Shown here one piece after another: positions 31,708 to 40,128 of a stretch of 64,000 nucleotides of DNA. The first letter of the stretch is position 1; each line of letters begins with the position of its first letter. Both the position numbers and the translations under genes were made by a program. Origin of the DNA: a virus; the IMG/VR virus record IMGVR_UViG_3300021137_000006, positions 17,868-81,867 of that record; one strand, given 5' to 3'. The notes beneath the pieces are model-generated. The model was not told the origin of the DNA. It was given only the letters and a program-made list of their open reading frames with translations, and made no database searches.

Positions 31708-31998
31708 GTGATTACTGAAAAAACTCCCAAAGTGTACCTCAGTCGACGTAATTTACTTGCGTTGCTATCGAAACTGGACCGCGATGCTGAGGGCGACGAA
31801 ACTACTTGCATGTTGATTAAGCATCAACAGCTATCTCCATGCTACAAGCAAACAATGAGGTCAATTGCCGTTATTGCAGTTCAAGACGAAGAGTATTACA
31901 GTACTCAACAACGTCCAGCTGGTGAAGTTCACCCTGCTGATGAAATTAAGCTCACAACCCCCTCCACTGGCACTCAATTCGCTGGTCAAGTCATTTAA
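31708..31998 (+). CDS. Hypothetical protein
   Basis: VYLSRRNLLALLSKLDR ... PAGEVHPADE. Confidence 0.55.
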   Translation: MITEKTPKVYLSRRNLLALLSKLDRDAEGDETTCMLIKHQQLSPCYKQTMRSIAVIAVQDEEYYSTQQRPAGEVHPADEIKLTTPSTGTQFAGQVI

Positions 31999-32014
31999 CT
32001 CCGAAAGTCCCTAT

Positions 32015-32245
32015 ATGCAAACACGTCAGATTGCGCTTGTTGCGCCAAGTCTTGCTATCACCTCGTTCGAATTAGCGGATGTCGATGTCGACAGTTACAT
32101 TCGGCATACTCGGTCCATGAAGCCGTCACATTGTGTATTCGTTGACAACGAAGTTGTTTATACTGGACTATTTGATTCCGAAACGATTTCTAAAGTTAAG
32201 AAGAAACTGAAGAAACAAACTGAAAAGGAACTTACTAATGTCTAA
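32015..32245 (+). CDS. Hypothetical protein
   Basis: Fills the gap and overlaps the next start. Confidence 0.5.
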   Translation: MQTRQIALVAPSLAITSFELADVDVDSYIRHTRSMKPSHCVFVDNEVVYTGLFDSETISKVKKKLKKQTEKELTNV

Positions 32246-33089
32246 ATCACCATCATTCTGCACTATTGCTCCAACCGCATATCTTCCCGAATACGCCAGA
32301 TATACAGGGAGCAAGTTTCACCTATTGCTTGCTCACCTATTACATACTGAATCAAAATATTATGACCCGGAGTATCTTGCTTTTTATCGGGACACTAAAC
32401 AACCAGGGGAAGTGTATATTGGAGACAACGGGGCTTTTGAACTGGGAAATTCCTACGACCCTGATAAATTAATCACAATTGGCCAATCAGTTGGTGCAGA
32501 TATTTTGGTACTTCCTGATTACCCAGGCATCCATCACCAGATCACAATAGACGCTGCCAACGATCATATCCCGCAGTTTAAAGCAAATGGCTTTAAAACA
32601 TTCTTCGTGCCACAATCTAAACCAGGCGACTGGAATGGTTGGATGACAGCATTCGAGTGGGCTCTGTTCAATCCTCAAATTGATGTCATCGGTATGTCCA
32701 TTCTCGCGCACCCAATCGCACTACCTGACTATCCAAAGGGATATGCACGAGTAGTTGCAGCTGACCGTATTCGTCAATGGCTTGATGCGGATAAATCTCG
32801 TGCAGCTGCATACGAAGCAAAACACATTCACTGGCTTGGTTTGTTATCTCCAGGTCTTGAACTTGACCCACTGCTGAAGATGGGTATGGTTGATACACTT
32901 GATTCGTCAGGCCCAGTGCACTTTGGACATTGTGGGATCGGATATAACACATTTAATGAAAGTTGGGCGATTGATAAACAGTATGTACCAGAAGTTGATT
33001 TTGGTGCACATATGAATAAACGTGCCAAGCCTATCATTGAGCACAATCTAACAATCCTGAACAATAAGTTCAAACAGTATCAAAAATAA
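32238..33089 (+). CDS. tRNA-guanine transglycosylase (TGT/DpdA)-like TIM-barrel protein
   Basis: DNGAFE, LPD, VPQ, IH.LG and DS motifs in TGT order. Confidence 0.6.
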   Translation: MSKSPSFCTIAPTAYLPEYARYTGSKFHLLLAHLLHTESKYYDPEYLAFYRDTKQPGEVYIGDNGAFELGNSYDPDKLITIGQSVGADILVLPDYPGIHHQITIDAANDHIPQFKANGFKTFFVPQSKPGDWNGWMTAFEWALFNPQIDVIGMSILAHPIALPDYPKGYARVVAADRIRQWLDADKSRAAAYEAKHIHWLGLLSPGLELDPLLKMGMVDTLDSSGPVHFGHCGIGYNTFNESWAIDKQYVPEVDFGAHMNKRAKPIIEHNLTILNNKFKQYQK

Positions 33090-33092
33090 ACC

Positions 33093-33650
33093 ATGATTAT
33101 TTCCCCACAACGTGCTTTTGCTGAAGGGTTCGTAACCAATGTTGCCAATCCAGCTAAACAAGTCGGAAGCGACGGCATTGATTTAACTCTACTCGCTATT
33201 AATCGGGTCAACGACGATGACAAGTACCCTGCGGTATTAGCCGAAGACAAGAAGTTGACAATGCACCGATCCCACACTCTGGTCACGCCAGTCAACCTGA
33301 CGCAACTGTATGGAATCAAAAGCGGGTACATTCTCGAACCGGGCATATACGATTTCACGTTCAATGAGGGATGTGAGTTAGTTGGTGGGATTGCTGGTTT
33401 ATTGCTATTGCGTAGCACATTCGTCAGAAACGGTTGCATCGGCCAATGCGGGCTCCACGACAATGGGTTCAAAACTACTAACCTGGGGATGATGGCTCAT
33501 GTGATTCGACGCACCGTCGTTGAAGCTGGTATGCGCACCGCCCAGATTGTTTTGTGGGAAAGTGCCTCGGCTAAGGAATACGACGGTACATATCAAAATC
33601 AACTAGGTACGAGCTGGAAAGCAACCGCATCTACAAACATTGTTCATTAG
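33093..33650 (+). CDS. Trimeric dUTPase / dCTP deaminase family protein
   Basis: GIDL, RST..R.G, D.GF, R.AQ, Y.G.YQ. Confidence 0.8.
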   Translation: MIISPQRAFAEGFVTNVANPAKQVGSDGIDLTLLAINRVNDDDKYPAVLAEDKKLTMHRSHTLVTPVNLTQLYGIKSGYILEPGIYDFTFNEGCELVGGIAGLLLLRSTFVRNGCIGQCGLHDNGFKTTNLGMMAHVIRRTVVEAGMRTAQIVLWESASAKEYDGTYQNQLGTSWKATASTNIVH

Positions 33651-33651
33651 T

Positions 33652-34248
33652 ATGTCAAATAAAACGAAAATCCTATTCATCGACGTCGAAACTTCAGGTT
33701 ACGATTTAAACGACATGATGGACCGGTCAGGGAATGGTAAATTCCAAATGACCTCCCTTGGCGCGATCGTTGCTAATGCTACTACACTAAAAGAAGTGGA
33801 CACATTCTATACGGAGTTTAAGTTCATGGATGCATGCCAATGGGATCCGGGCGCAGAACGTGTTCATGGACTATCTAAAGAATACCTCGAAGAAAATGGA
33901 GTTTCGTATGAAGATGGGTTTGTCCTGTTTGTTGAGTTTCTTTGCAAGCATTTCGATCCATCTCGTGCTATCACACTCGGTGGCCACAACGTAGCGACGT
34001 TCGACCGGCACTTCGTTATTCGGTTCTTCGAACACAACGACGCGGTCATCCAACTATCTGGTCACAGTGTTGATAGTTACACACTAGGTAAAGTGCTACT
34101 CAATGCGAACAATTCAAATGAATTGTTCGAACAAGTTGGGATCGATCGAGATACTCACAACGCGCTGGAAGATGCACGGGCTTCACTCAAGGCTGCCCGC
34201 CTTGTTAAAAAATTGTACGAAACTGCTCTAAATACTCAATTAATGTAA
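33652..34248 (+). CDS. DEDDh 3'-5' exonuclease (DnaQ-like)
   Basis: DVETSG, GHN..FD, HNALEDA. Confidence 0.9.
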   Translation: MSNKTKILFIDVETSGYDLNDMMDRSGNGKFQMTSLGAIVANATTLKEVDTFYTEFKFMDACQWDPGAERVHGLSKEYLEENGVSYEDGFVLFVEFLCKHFDPSRAITLGGHNVATFDRHFVIRFFEHNDAVIQLSGHSVDSYTLGKVLLNANNSNELFEQVGIDRDTHNALEDARASLKAARLVKKLYETALNTQLM

Positions 34249-34253
34249 TTCAG

Positions 34254-34739
34254 ATGTTCACCTTCTTTCGCACCTTACTTGAAACACTTGAGGATACCCG
34301 CAAAACTGGTCACTATGTGGCTGCTAAAGTATCAAAGCAGACCACAGCTGACTTAAAAAAGTGGTGCAAAGAGAATAAAGTACCGACGTCGAAAGACTTT
34401 TTCGATAACTTGCATATCACGATCTGCTATTCGACAAAAGTTTTCCCAATTGACGAGAATGATACGATCGATGACTTGTCGGACTGGAATGTGGATCCGA
34501 TCGCTTTTGCAGAGTTCGGAAAAGATAATGATAAAAAATACTTGGTTCTAAAAGTTAAGAGCAACCAATGCGCTAGTCGTTGGCAACATTACCTCGATCA
34601 GGGCGCGAGTTACGACTTTGATGATTATCTTCCGCATATTTCACTTGCTCTGAACTTTAAGGGCGACCTCAATTCACTTGATCTGGATACCTTGCCAAAA
34701 CTAGTACTAGATAAAGAGTACTACGAAAAACTTTCCTAA
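34254..34739 (+). CDS. 2H phosphoesterase, Acb1/T4 gp57B-like
   Basis: LHITICYS and GASYDFDDYLPHISL (two HxT/S motifs). Confidence 0.8.
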   Translation: MFTFFRTLLETLEDTRKTGHYVAAKVSKQTTADLKKWCKENKVPTSKDFFDNLHITICYSTKVFPIDENDTIDDLSDWNVDPIAFAEFGKDNDKKYLVLKVKSNQCASRWQHYLDQGASYDFDDYLPHISLALNFKGDLNSLDLDTLPKLVLDKEYYEKLS

Positions 34740-34740
34740 A

Positions 34741-34980
34741 ATGGCTGACGATCAACTTCCCTTCTCACGTCTGCGGTACAACGTCGATAAAAAACGCAAC
34801 CAAATCATTACTCACCAAGCCGAGTTGGTGGAGATGGAGCGCGAATTGCAGTTGCGTTGTGATCACCTTGATATTGAGAGATTTCAAGAGCAAGCGGTTG
34901 GCGACTTCTATAGCGGCCCAGTTGTTGTTAATGTCATTCGCTGCAAGACTTGTGGATTTGTACGTAGACTTGCAGCATAA
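34741..34980 (+). CDS. Hypothetical protein
   Basis: Coiled coil plus C.H...CKTCG. Confidence 0.5.
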   Translation: MADDQLPFSRLRYNVDKKRNQIITHQAELVEMERELQLRCDHLDIERFQEQAVGDFYSGPVVVNVIRCKTCGFVRRLAA

Positions 34981-35057
34981 CTATACCCTTACCCCCGCGT
35001 ACGTGATACAAGCCTGCTTGTAAATAAGCGCGCAACTCGCATGCGACAAGGGAAATT

Positions 35058-35735
35058 ATGCAAAAATTCAACAGAGCTTCAATAAAAAATGACATCGAAG
35101 ACGAATTAGCTGACGATGAGCTTGCCCCTCGTCCTAAGTTTGGGTTCACTCGGACAATTCATGTTAAACATCATAACTTCTATCTCTATTCGGATATCGG
35201 ACCTCCTGAAAACTACATCGAACTAATTCAAACAATTCGAACTGCTGAAGCTACTGATCAAATTTATTTACACCTCAACACTGCCGGTGGTCACCTCGAT
35301 ACTGGCATTGCTATCGTGTCTGCAATTGCAGAATGTCAAGGTACGGTTACTACTGTACTCGACTCACAAGCCTGCTCGATGGGCGCAATCTTGTTCCTTG
35401 CTGGTCACCAGTATATCGTCCACGATTGTGCAATGATGATGTTCCACACGTTCAACGGAGGATTCGTCGGTAAGAGTTCCGATGTTGATAAACAGGTACA
35501 AGCGTACAAACGTCAGTACACGATGCTTGTCAAAAAGACGTGCTCTAAGTTTTTGTCAGCAGACGAAATTAAACGGATCGACAACGGTGAAGAACTGTGG
35601 TTCGCATCGGACGTAATTGGTAAACGACTGCGTGTGCTGCACAAAGAACAAATAGAAGAAACTCACACAAAGCCCCGTAAATCTAAAAAAGGTGTCGCCA
35701 CTCTAGTAATCGAGGACACACCACCACTTGAATAA
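35058..35735 (+). CDS. ClpP-like protease
   Basis: LNTAGG, ACSMGA.LFLAG (Ser), MFH (His). Confidence 0.85.
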   Translation: MQKFNRASIKNDIEDELADDELAPRPKFGFTRTIHVKHHNFYLYSDIGPPENYIELIQTIRTAEATDQIYLHLNTAGGHLDTGIAIVSAIAECQGTVTTVLDSQACSMGAILFLAGHQYIVHDCAMMMFHTFNGGFVGKSSDVDKQVQAYKRQYTMLVKKTCSKFLSADEIKRIDNGEELWFASDVIGKRLRVLHKEQIEETHTKPRKSKKGVATLVIEDTPPLE

Positions 35736-36727
35736 TGTTCGAAACTGAAACACTTGAAAATGTAATTAAACAGAGCGGGATCTTGGGAACGAGGTCTCCC
35801 TCTTCCTCAGGTTGGCACATAGTTAAATGCAAGATTTGCAACGACTACAAAGCTCGTGCTGGATTTATATTCGAAAATGGTGCTAGCACCTTTCATTGCT
35901 TCAATTGCGGCCACGCTGCTGGACATGCCCCATCTTCGCAGAAATTCTCAAAAGGCATGTACGAGGTACTAACTGCGTTTAATGTAGACATTTCTGCAGC
36001 AAAAAAATCACTCTTCGCCTCGTTTGGTGCACAAGAAGACACAACGGAAGAAGCGATTCACCGTGAGCAATATCGTCAGCCTCCTCCAATCGAAGTCCCT
36101 TCAGAATTCGAATTCCTTAATGTTACTAATCCAACCCATGCAGAAGCTATCCGATACACCGAAACCCGGTTCGTAGACTATGCAAAATACGGGTTGATGA
36201 TATCGACAACAACTAACTCCAGAAACAAGTGGTACAAGCGGATCATCGTCCCTATGTACAATCGTTCTAACCAAGTAATCTACTACCAGGGACGAACCTA
36301 CGACAATCATGCCAAGCGTTGGGACAGTCCATCTGACCCAAAGGCGAATGTGTTATTTGGTTACCACAATCTTGATGATTACTCCAAAGACTACATCATA
36401 ATCTGCGAAGGTCCGTTTGACATGATGAGTATTGACGGTGTAGCAATATTAGGAAGTGAGTTCTCCCCATATCAGATTCGAGTACTTACGGTGAGTAGTA
36501 AGAAGAAGATCGTCGTTCCGCAGCGAGATAAGCGGGGATACGCTCTTGCGTTACAAGCTCTTGAGCAAAACTACTCACTCAGTTTCCCAGATATTGGTGG
36601 TGCACAAGATATAAATGATGCGATCGTTAAGTACGGAAGACTGTACACTGAGCAGCAAATAGTTGCCAAAATGACATCTTCTAAATACGAAGCGCAACTG
36701 AAGCTCGGCATGTGGTGTTCCACATAA
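35735..36727 (+). CDS. DNA primase (gp61-like)
   Basis: Zn finger CKIC...HCFNC, RI.VP, Y.GR, TOPRIM EGPFD, DINDA. Confidence 0.9.
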   Translation: MFETETLENVIKQSGILGTRSPSSSGWHIVKCKICNDYKARAGFIFENGASTFHCFNCGHAAGHAPSSQKFSKGMYEVLTAFNVDISAAKKSLFASFGAQEDTTEEAIHREQYRQPPPIEVPSEFEFLNVTNPTHAEAIRYTETRFVDYAKYGLMISTTTNSRNKWYKRIIVPMYNRSNQVIYYQGRTYDNHAKRWDSPSDPKANVLFGYHNLDDYSKDYIIICEGPFDMMSIDGVAILGSEFSPYQIRVLTVSSKKKIVVPQRDKRGYALALQALEQNYSLSFPDIGGAQDINDAIVKYGRLYTEQQIVAKMTSSKYEAQLKLGMWCST

Positions 36728-36748
36728 CTTTACTATAACCTCACCTAT

Positions 36749-37345
36749 ATGATCACTTTCCCAAAATACCAACCAATCGCCAACGTCGTACTATCTGTGG
36801 ATCTCAACAACGCAGCTACCCAGAATTCTACCGATCTGCTACCGACGATTGGATACATCGGATTTGCTGAACCCCAAGGGGCAAAGGCAGTAATTGAGAT
36901 CGATAGCCAAGGTAAAATTCTTGGTACCAATTCAAAAGCAGCGACAAAGTGGGCAAACGCCAACACCAGGTCGTTACTCTTAATTCACTCTAACCTTGTC
37001 GCAGCGCACGGCCTCCTGCCGGACAATATGACACTAACCCTGGTTGGTTATATTTTTACAGGTTCGCTCACGCTGATCGACGCCCAGCTCGCCATAGACG
37101 GTAAACATAGTGTGTACTGGTTATCAGTCAAAGTACTCAATGAGTTGGTCGTGCGGGTGAGTAAAGTGCAAACTGCATTTGCTGACAACGCACTGTTCAC
37201 TGAAATCAATTTCAACCAACCTGAATTGTTCGTCGAAGCAGCCACTCAAGCTGCAGACGGCGTGCCAATGTTGTGGCAAATCAGTCCCCACACTGAATTT
37301 GCAATCGCTCCTGTGCTACGTGACCCGTACCGCATTGCTTTGTAA
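36749..37345 (+). CDS. Hypothetical protein, possibly a degenerate RNA-ligase-like fold
   Basis: FP....N, LPT..Y.G..EPQG and INFNQPE recall a phage Rnl2-type ligase family, but the motif-I Lys is absent. Confidence 0.35.
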   Translation: MITFPKYQPIANVVLSVDLNNAATQNSTDLLPTIGYIGFAEPQGAKAVIEIDSQGKILGTNSKAATKWANANTRSLLLIHSNLVAAHGLLPDNMTLTLVGYIFTGSLTLIDAQLAIDGKHSVYWLSVKVLNELVVRVSKVQTAFADNALFTEINFNQPELFVEAATQAADGVPMLWQISPHTEFAIAPVLRDPYRIAL

Positions 37346-37347
37346 TC

Positions 37348-37512
37348 ATGCCAGCAGTTGCACGAAAGGGTGATCCGGATTCAAATGGAGACTCGATTAC
37401 ACAGGGCTCTCCATCTGTTTTTGCAAACGGCCAACCTGTTGCACGAAAGGGTGATCCGGATTCAAATGGAGACTCGATTACACAGGGCTCTCCATCTGTT
37501 TTTGCAAACTAG
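37348..37512 (+). CDS. Miniature PAAR-like protein (54 aa, not in the ORF track)
   Basis: MPA-VARKGDPDSNGDSITQGSPSVFAN-GQP-VARKGDPDSNGDSITQGSPSVFAN. Confidence 0.8.
   Translation: MPAVARKGDPDSNGDSITQGSPSVFANGQPVARKGDPDSNGDSITQGSPSVFAN
37357..37509 (+). repeat. Exact 72-bp direct repeat (period 81 bp) inside the PAAR-like gene
   Basis: 37357-37428 is identical to 37438-37509. Confidence 0.95.
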
Positions 37513-37514
37513 CA

Positions 37515-37698
37515 AAACAACCTGTTGACCCACTTTGTGAAATGTGTTACATTAGACAAATCGGGTAGCAGAAAAAGTTAAAAAGAAATTTTGAAACAAC
37601 CTGTTGACCCACTTTGTGAAATGTGTTACATTAGACAAATCGGTTAGCAGAAAAAGTTAAAAAGATCTGTTGACCCAAAAAGTTTTTTGATTTATAGT
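37515..37698 (+). promoter_or_regulatory. Three tandem sigma70 promoters; the first two form a 72-bp near-perfect repeat (period 79 bp)
   Basis: TTGACC-17-TACATT at 37525 and 37604 (both with extended TGn), TTGACC-17-TATAGT at 37670; A-tracts between them. Confidence 0.85.
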
Positions 37699-37749
37699 TA
37701 GCCTTTTGGCATTGAGCCATATATACTCTTACAGTAGAAAGTTTTTGAA

Positions 37750-37854
37750 ATGTCTTCGTCCTTCGTGATTATTAGCAAACATACAATGAGTGAGCGCTTT
37801 AGCGATCGTTCGGATACTATGTGCGCCCTTGTTCAAGAAGGATGGGATGATTAA
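37750..37854 (+). CDS. Putative attenuator leader peptide (34 aa)
   Basis: MSSSFVIISKHTMSERFSDRSDTMCALVQEGWDD; AGAAAG upstream; lies between the promoters and a terminator. Confidence 0.7.
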   Translation: MSSSFVIISKHTMSERFSDRSDTMCALVQEGWDD

Positions 37855-37880
37855 AGAATCGTTCTAACCGGATAAGAAAC

Positions 37881-37906
37881 AAGGGCTCCAAATAGGGGCC
37901 CTTTTT
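37881..37906 (+). terminator. Attenuator-type intrinsic terminator before the tRNA array
   Basis: AAGGGCTCC-AAATA-GGGGCCCTT-TTT; its 5' arm can instead pair with GCCCTTGTT at 37825-37833. Confidence 0.8.
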
Positions 37907-37907
37907 A

Positions 37908-37960
37908 TTGCCTAATCGATCGAGGTTGGTGCAAGTAAGATCATTAAAAATTTGCGTGTG
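37908..37960 (+). promoter_or_regulatory. rrn-like antitermination site: hairpin followed by boxA-like GATCATTAAAAATTT
   Basis: 37939-37953 resembles boxA GCTCTTTAACAATTT; preceded by a TTGC..GCAA hairpin and followed by GTGTG. Confidence 0.55.
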
Positions 37961-37967
37961 TTTTTAT

Positions 37968-38043
37968 CCCTGTGTAGCTTAATGGCTAGAGCAATCGGCT
38001 TTTACCCGATCAGGTGTCCGTTCGACTCGGATCACAGGGACCA
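37968..38043 (+). tRNA. tRNA-Lys(UUU)
   Basis: Cloverleaf; loop CT-TTT-AC; encoded CCA. Confidence 0.9.
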
Positions 38044-38058
38044 AAACTTATTCAATAG

Positions 38059-38271
38059 CTGTGTCCTAATTGTCACAGTATCACGGATACTTGGCGCGGT
38101 CGAAACAAACCCGCCAATAATGGAAAAAACGTTGTACAGGATAAAACGTTGTTGCAGCACTTACAAGACGCTCCTAACATCCGTCAAGGATTACTAAGAG
38201 CCGGATTAGCAGCAAAAGGCGCTAACTACGAAAGAGCGAAACAGTTATTGAATAAGAATTTGGGAGCGTAG
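38059..38271 (+). pseudogene. C-terminal remnant of an HNH endonuclease
   Basis: Startless frame LCPNCHSITDTWRGRNK...GANYERAKQLL, similar to the end of the 43005 HNH (LCPNCHSLTITYKSRN). Confidence 0.7.
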
Positions 38272-38339
38272 CTCAACTGGCTAGCAGCAATCGGCTCTTA
38301 CCCGATAGGTTCTGGGTTCAAATCCCAGTGCTCCCACCA
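38262..38339 (+). tRNA. tRNA-Lys(CUU)
   Basis: Loop CT-CTT-AC; CCA. Confidence 0.9.
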
Positions 38340-38348
38340 CAACATTAT

Positions 38349-38423
38349 GCCCGGACAGCTCATCGGTAGAGCACTCGACTGATAATCGAGCGGTGATTGG
38401 TTCGATTCCAATTCCGGGCACCA
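38349..38423 (+). tRNA. tRNA-Ile(GAU)
   Basis: Loop CT-GAT-AA; CCA. Confidence 0.92.
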
Positions 38424-38428
38424 ATTTT

Positions 38429-38503
38429 AGCCGCGTAACTCAGAGGCAGAGTAATCCCTTGATAAGGGATAAGTCGACATTTCGAAATTGTCCGTGGCTA
38501 CCA
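38429..38503 (+). tRNA. tRNA-Ile(GAU), second copy
   Basis: Loop TT-GAT-AA; CCA. Confidence 0.88.
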
Positions 38504-38510
38504 GAAATAT

Positions 38511-38588
38511 ATCACTGTCGTCTAATTGGAATAGGACACTAGACTTTCAATCTAGCAAATGCGGATTCGACTTCCGTCAGTGATACCA
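38511..38588 (+). tRNA. tRNA-Glu(UUC)
   Basis: Loop CT-TTC-AA; CCA. Confidence 0.88.
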
Positions 38589-38650
38589 TACTTTGTGATC
38601 GTCTATTGGTTAGGAGTTCTAACTCATAAATAGACATAGGAGGACTTTTT

Positions 38651-39331
38651 ATGTCTATGGGTGGTTATCGAGAAGGCTCTGGTAGGAGCAAAACAGGGTA
38701 CTACAATGGAATCTATTGTGGTAGCACTTACGAGTTGTGTTGGGTGATATATTCTATAGATCACGGAATTAACTTTACCCGATTTCCGGGATTATTGGAA
38801 GCTAATGGTGTCCGGTATTATCCAGATTTCCTACTAGGTGACGGTAAGACTATCGTCGAGACGAAAGGGTATGAAGCCCAATTAGCAGTGGATAAGAAAA
38901 CGGCTGTAGCAATTTCTCATGGGTATGTTGTGCAAGTTCTCCGTAAGGATGATCTAAAATACGCTTTCGATTATGTATCTGAAAAGTATGGCACCAAGCG
39001 ATACCACACTTTGTATGATGGATACGCACCGACGTATGACTATATTTGTGATTGTTGTGGACAGCCATTTCGAGTCGATTCTAAAAAGAAAACAGAACGA
39101 AAATTCTGCAATAGAGTATGTGCGGGTAAATTCCGAAAACAACTAATCCTGCAACAAGATGACTGGAGAGACCGAATTTCAGCATCCTTAACGGGACGGA
39201 AGGTTAAGCCGTATCAAAGAAAATATAAACAAAAGTGGATTACTGACGGTAAACTTAATACGAAGATTCAGTTTGATCTTTGTATACCGGATGGATTTCA
39301 CCAAGGGCGAACAAATTCTGTGCAGGACTAA
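38651..39331 (+). CDS. PD-(D/E)XK homing-endonuclease-like protein
   Basis: STYE, YYPDF, VETKG, Zn ribbon, WITDG..N....IPDGF..GR tail. Confidence 0.75.
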   Translation: MSMGGYREGSGRSKTGYYNGIYCGSTYELCWVIYSIDHGINFTRFPGLLEANGVRYYPDFLLGDGKTIVETKGYEAQLAVDKKTAVAISHGYVVQVLRKDDLKYAFDYVSEKYGTKRYHTLYDGYAPTYDYICDCCGQPFRVDSKKKTERKFCNRVCAGKFRKQLILQQDDWRDRISASLTGRKVKPYQRKYKQKWITDGKLNTKIQFDLCIPDGFHQGRTNSVQD

Positions 39332-39353
39332 ACTCCTCAGCAGTGCCATTTAT

Positions 39354-39428
39354 ATCACGTTGGACTTCTAGTGAGGTCATCTGCCTTTCACGCAGACCAG
39401 ACGAGAGCGTAACTCGTACGTGATGCCA
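39354..39428 (+). tRNA. tRNA-Glu(UUC), atypical T-loop
   Basis: Loop CT-TTC-AC; T-loop AGCGTAA; CCA. Confidence 0.8.
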
Positions 39429-39512
39429 TTTACCGCCCATCCTGTGAAGGACCGGCTTCGTGATGACTCGTTTATTGACCGAGGGATACCAAATAGTCAA
39501 TAAGAATTTTAT

Positions 39513-39590
39513 GGCCTATGAGTCTGCTTGGTGTGGACGCTACCCTGTCACGGTAGAGATAGATCGGTTCAAATCCGATATAGGTCGCCA
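39513..39590 (+). tRNA. tRNA-Asp(GUC)
   Basis: Loop CT-GTC-AC; CCA. Confidence 0.88.
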
Positions 39591-39640
39591 ATTATGTTCG
39601 GGATCGAATCATAAATATGTTCGATCACATGGAGTAGTGT

Positions 39641-40054
39641 ATGAAGAAAGTATGTTCTAAATGCCAGCAAGAAAAAGAGCTGTCGGAGTTTAGAAAAGAC
39701 AAATCCCGCAAGGATGGGGTAATGTCAAGCTGCAAACAATGCACTAGACAGTTTTACAAAAGCCAGTATGTGACAAAGTACGGCGACAAATATGCGACTG
39801 CAAACAGAAAGCGTAGAGCTAATCAAGCAGCCATGTTGTACGAATATAAGAGTAAGCAGAAGTGCTTATTTTGTGACGAGCGAGAGCCAGTCTGCTTAGA
39901 GTTCCATCACACCGATCCGTCAATCAAAGATTTTGGAGTCGGTTCGAGCGTGGGACGCAACTGGGAAAAGATCCTCGCAGAGATTGAAAAATGTGTGTGC
40001 CTGTGCAGCAATTGTCACAAAAAGGTACATGCAGGTTTATTAATTATACAGTAG
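39641..40054 (+). CDS. HNH endonuclease
   Basis: CSKC..CKQC, CLFC, LEFHH.DP..K, EI.KC..LCSNCH.K.H. Confidence 0.85.
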   Translation: MKKVCSKCQQEKELSEFRKDKSRKDGVMSSCKQCTRQFYKSQYVTKYGDKYATANRKRRANQAAMLYEYKSKQKCLFCDEREPVCLEFHHTDPSIKDFGVGSSVGRNWEKILAEIEKCVCLCSNCHKKVHAGLLIIQ

Positions 40055-40123
40055 TAGCATAGCGGCTAATGCACCTCCCTGTCTAGGAGACTACCGCGGG
40101 TTCGAGTCCCGTCTACTGTGCCA
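40048..40123 (+). tRNA. tRNA-Asp(GUC), second copy
   Basis: Loop CT-GTC-TA (U37); CCA. Confidence 0.85.
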
Positions 40124-40128
40124 AATAT

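Noticed and set aside
37357-37665. Direct repeats as a possible CRISPR array
   Set aside because: Two different 72-bp units with two copies each and only 7-9 bp between copies; explained by a PAAR-like gene duplication and tandem promoters; no cas genes.
37952-38197. 81-aa ORF from the track
   Set aside because: Overlaps tRNA-Lys; the meaningful frame there is a different one (HNH remnant).
39430-39505. Hairpin-rich spacer ending near ACCA as another tRNA-like RNA
   Set aside because: Only a short ATCCT/GGGAT pairing and one hairpin; no cloverleaf could be built.
39460-39660. 66-aa ORF from the track
   Set aside because: Runs through tRNA-Asp; no protein-like features.
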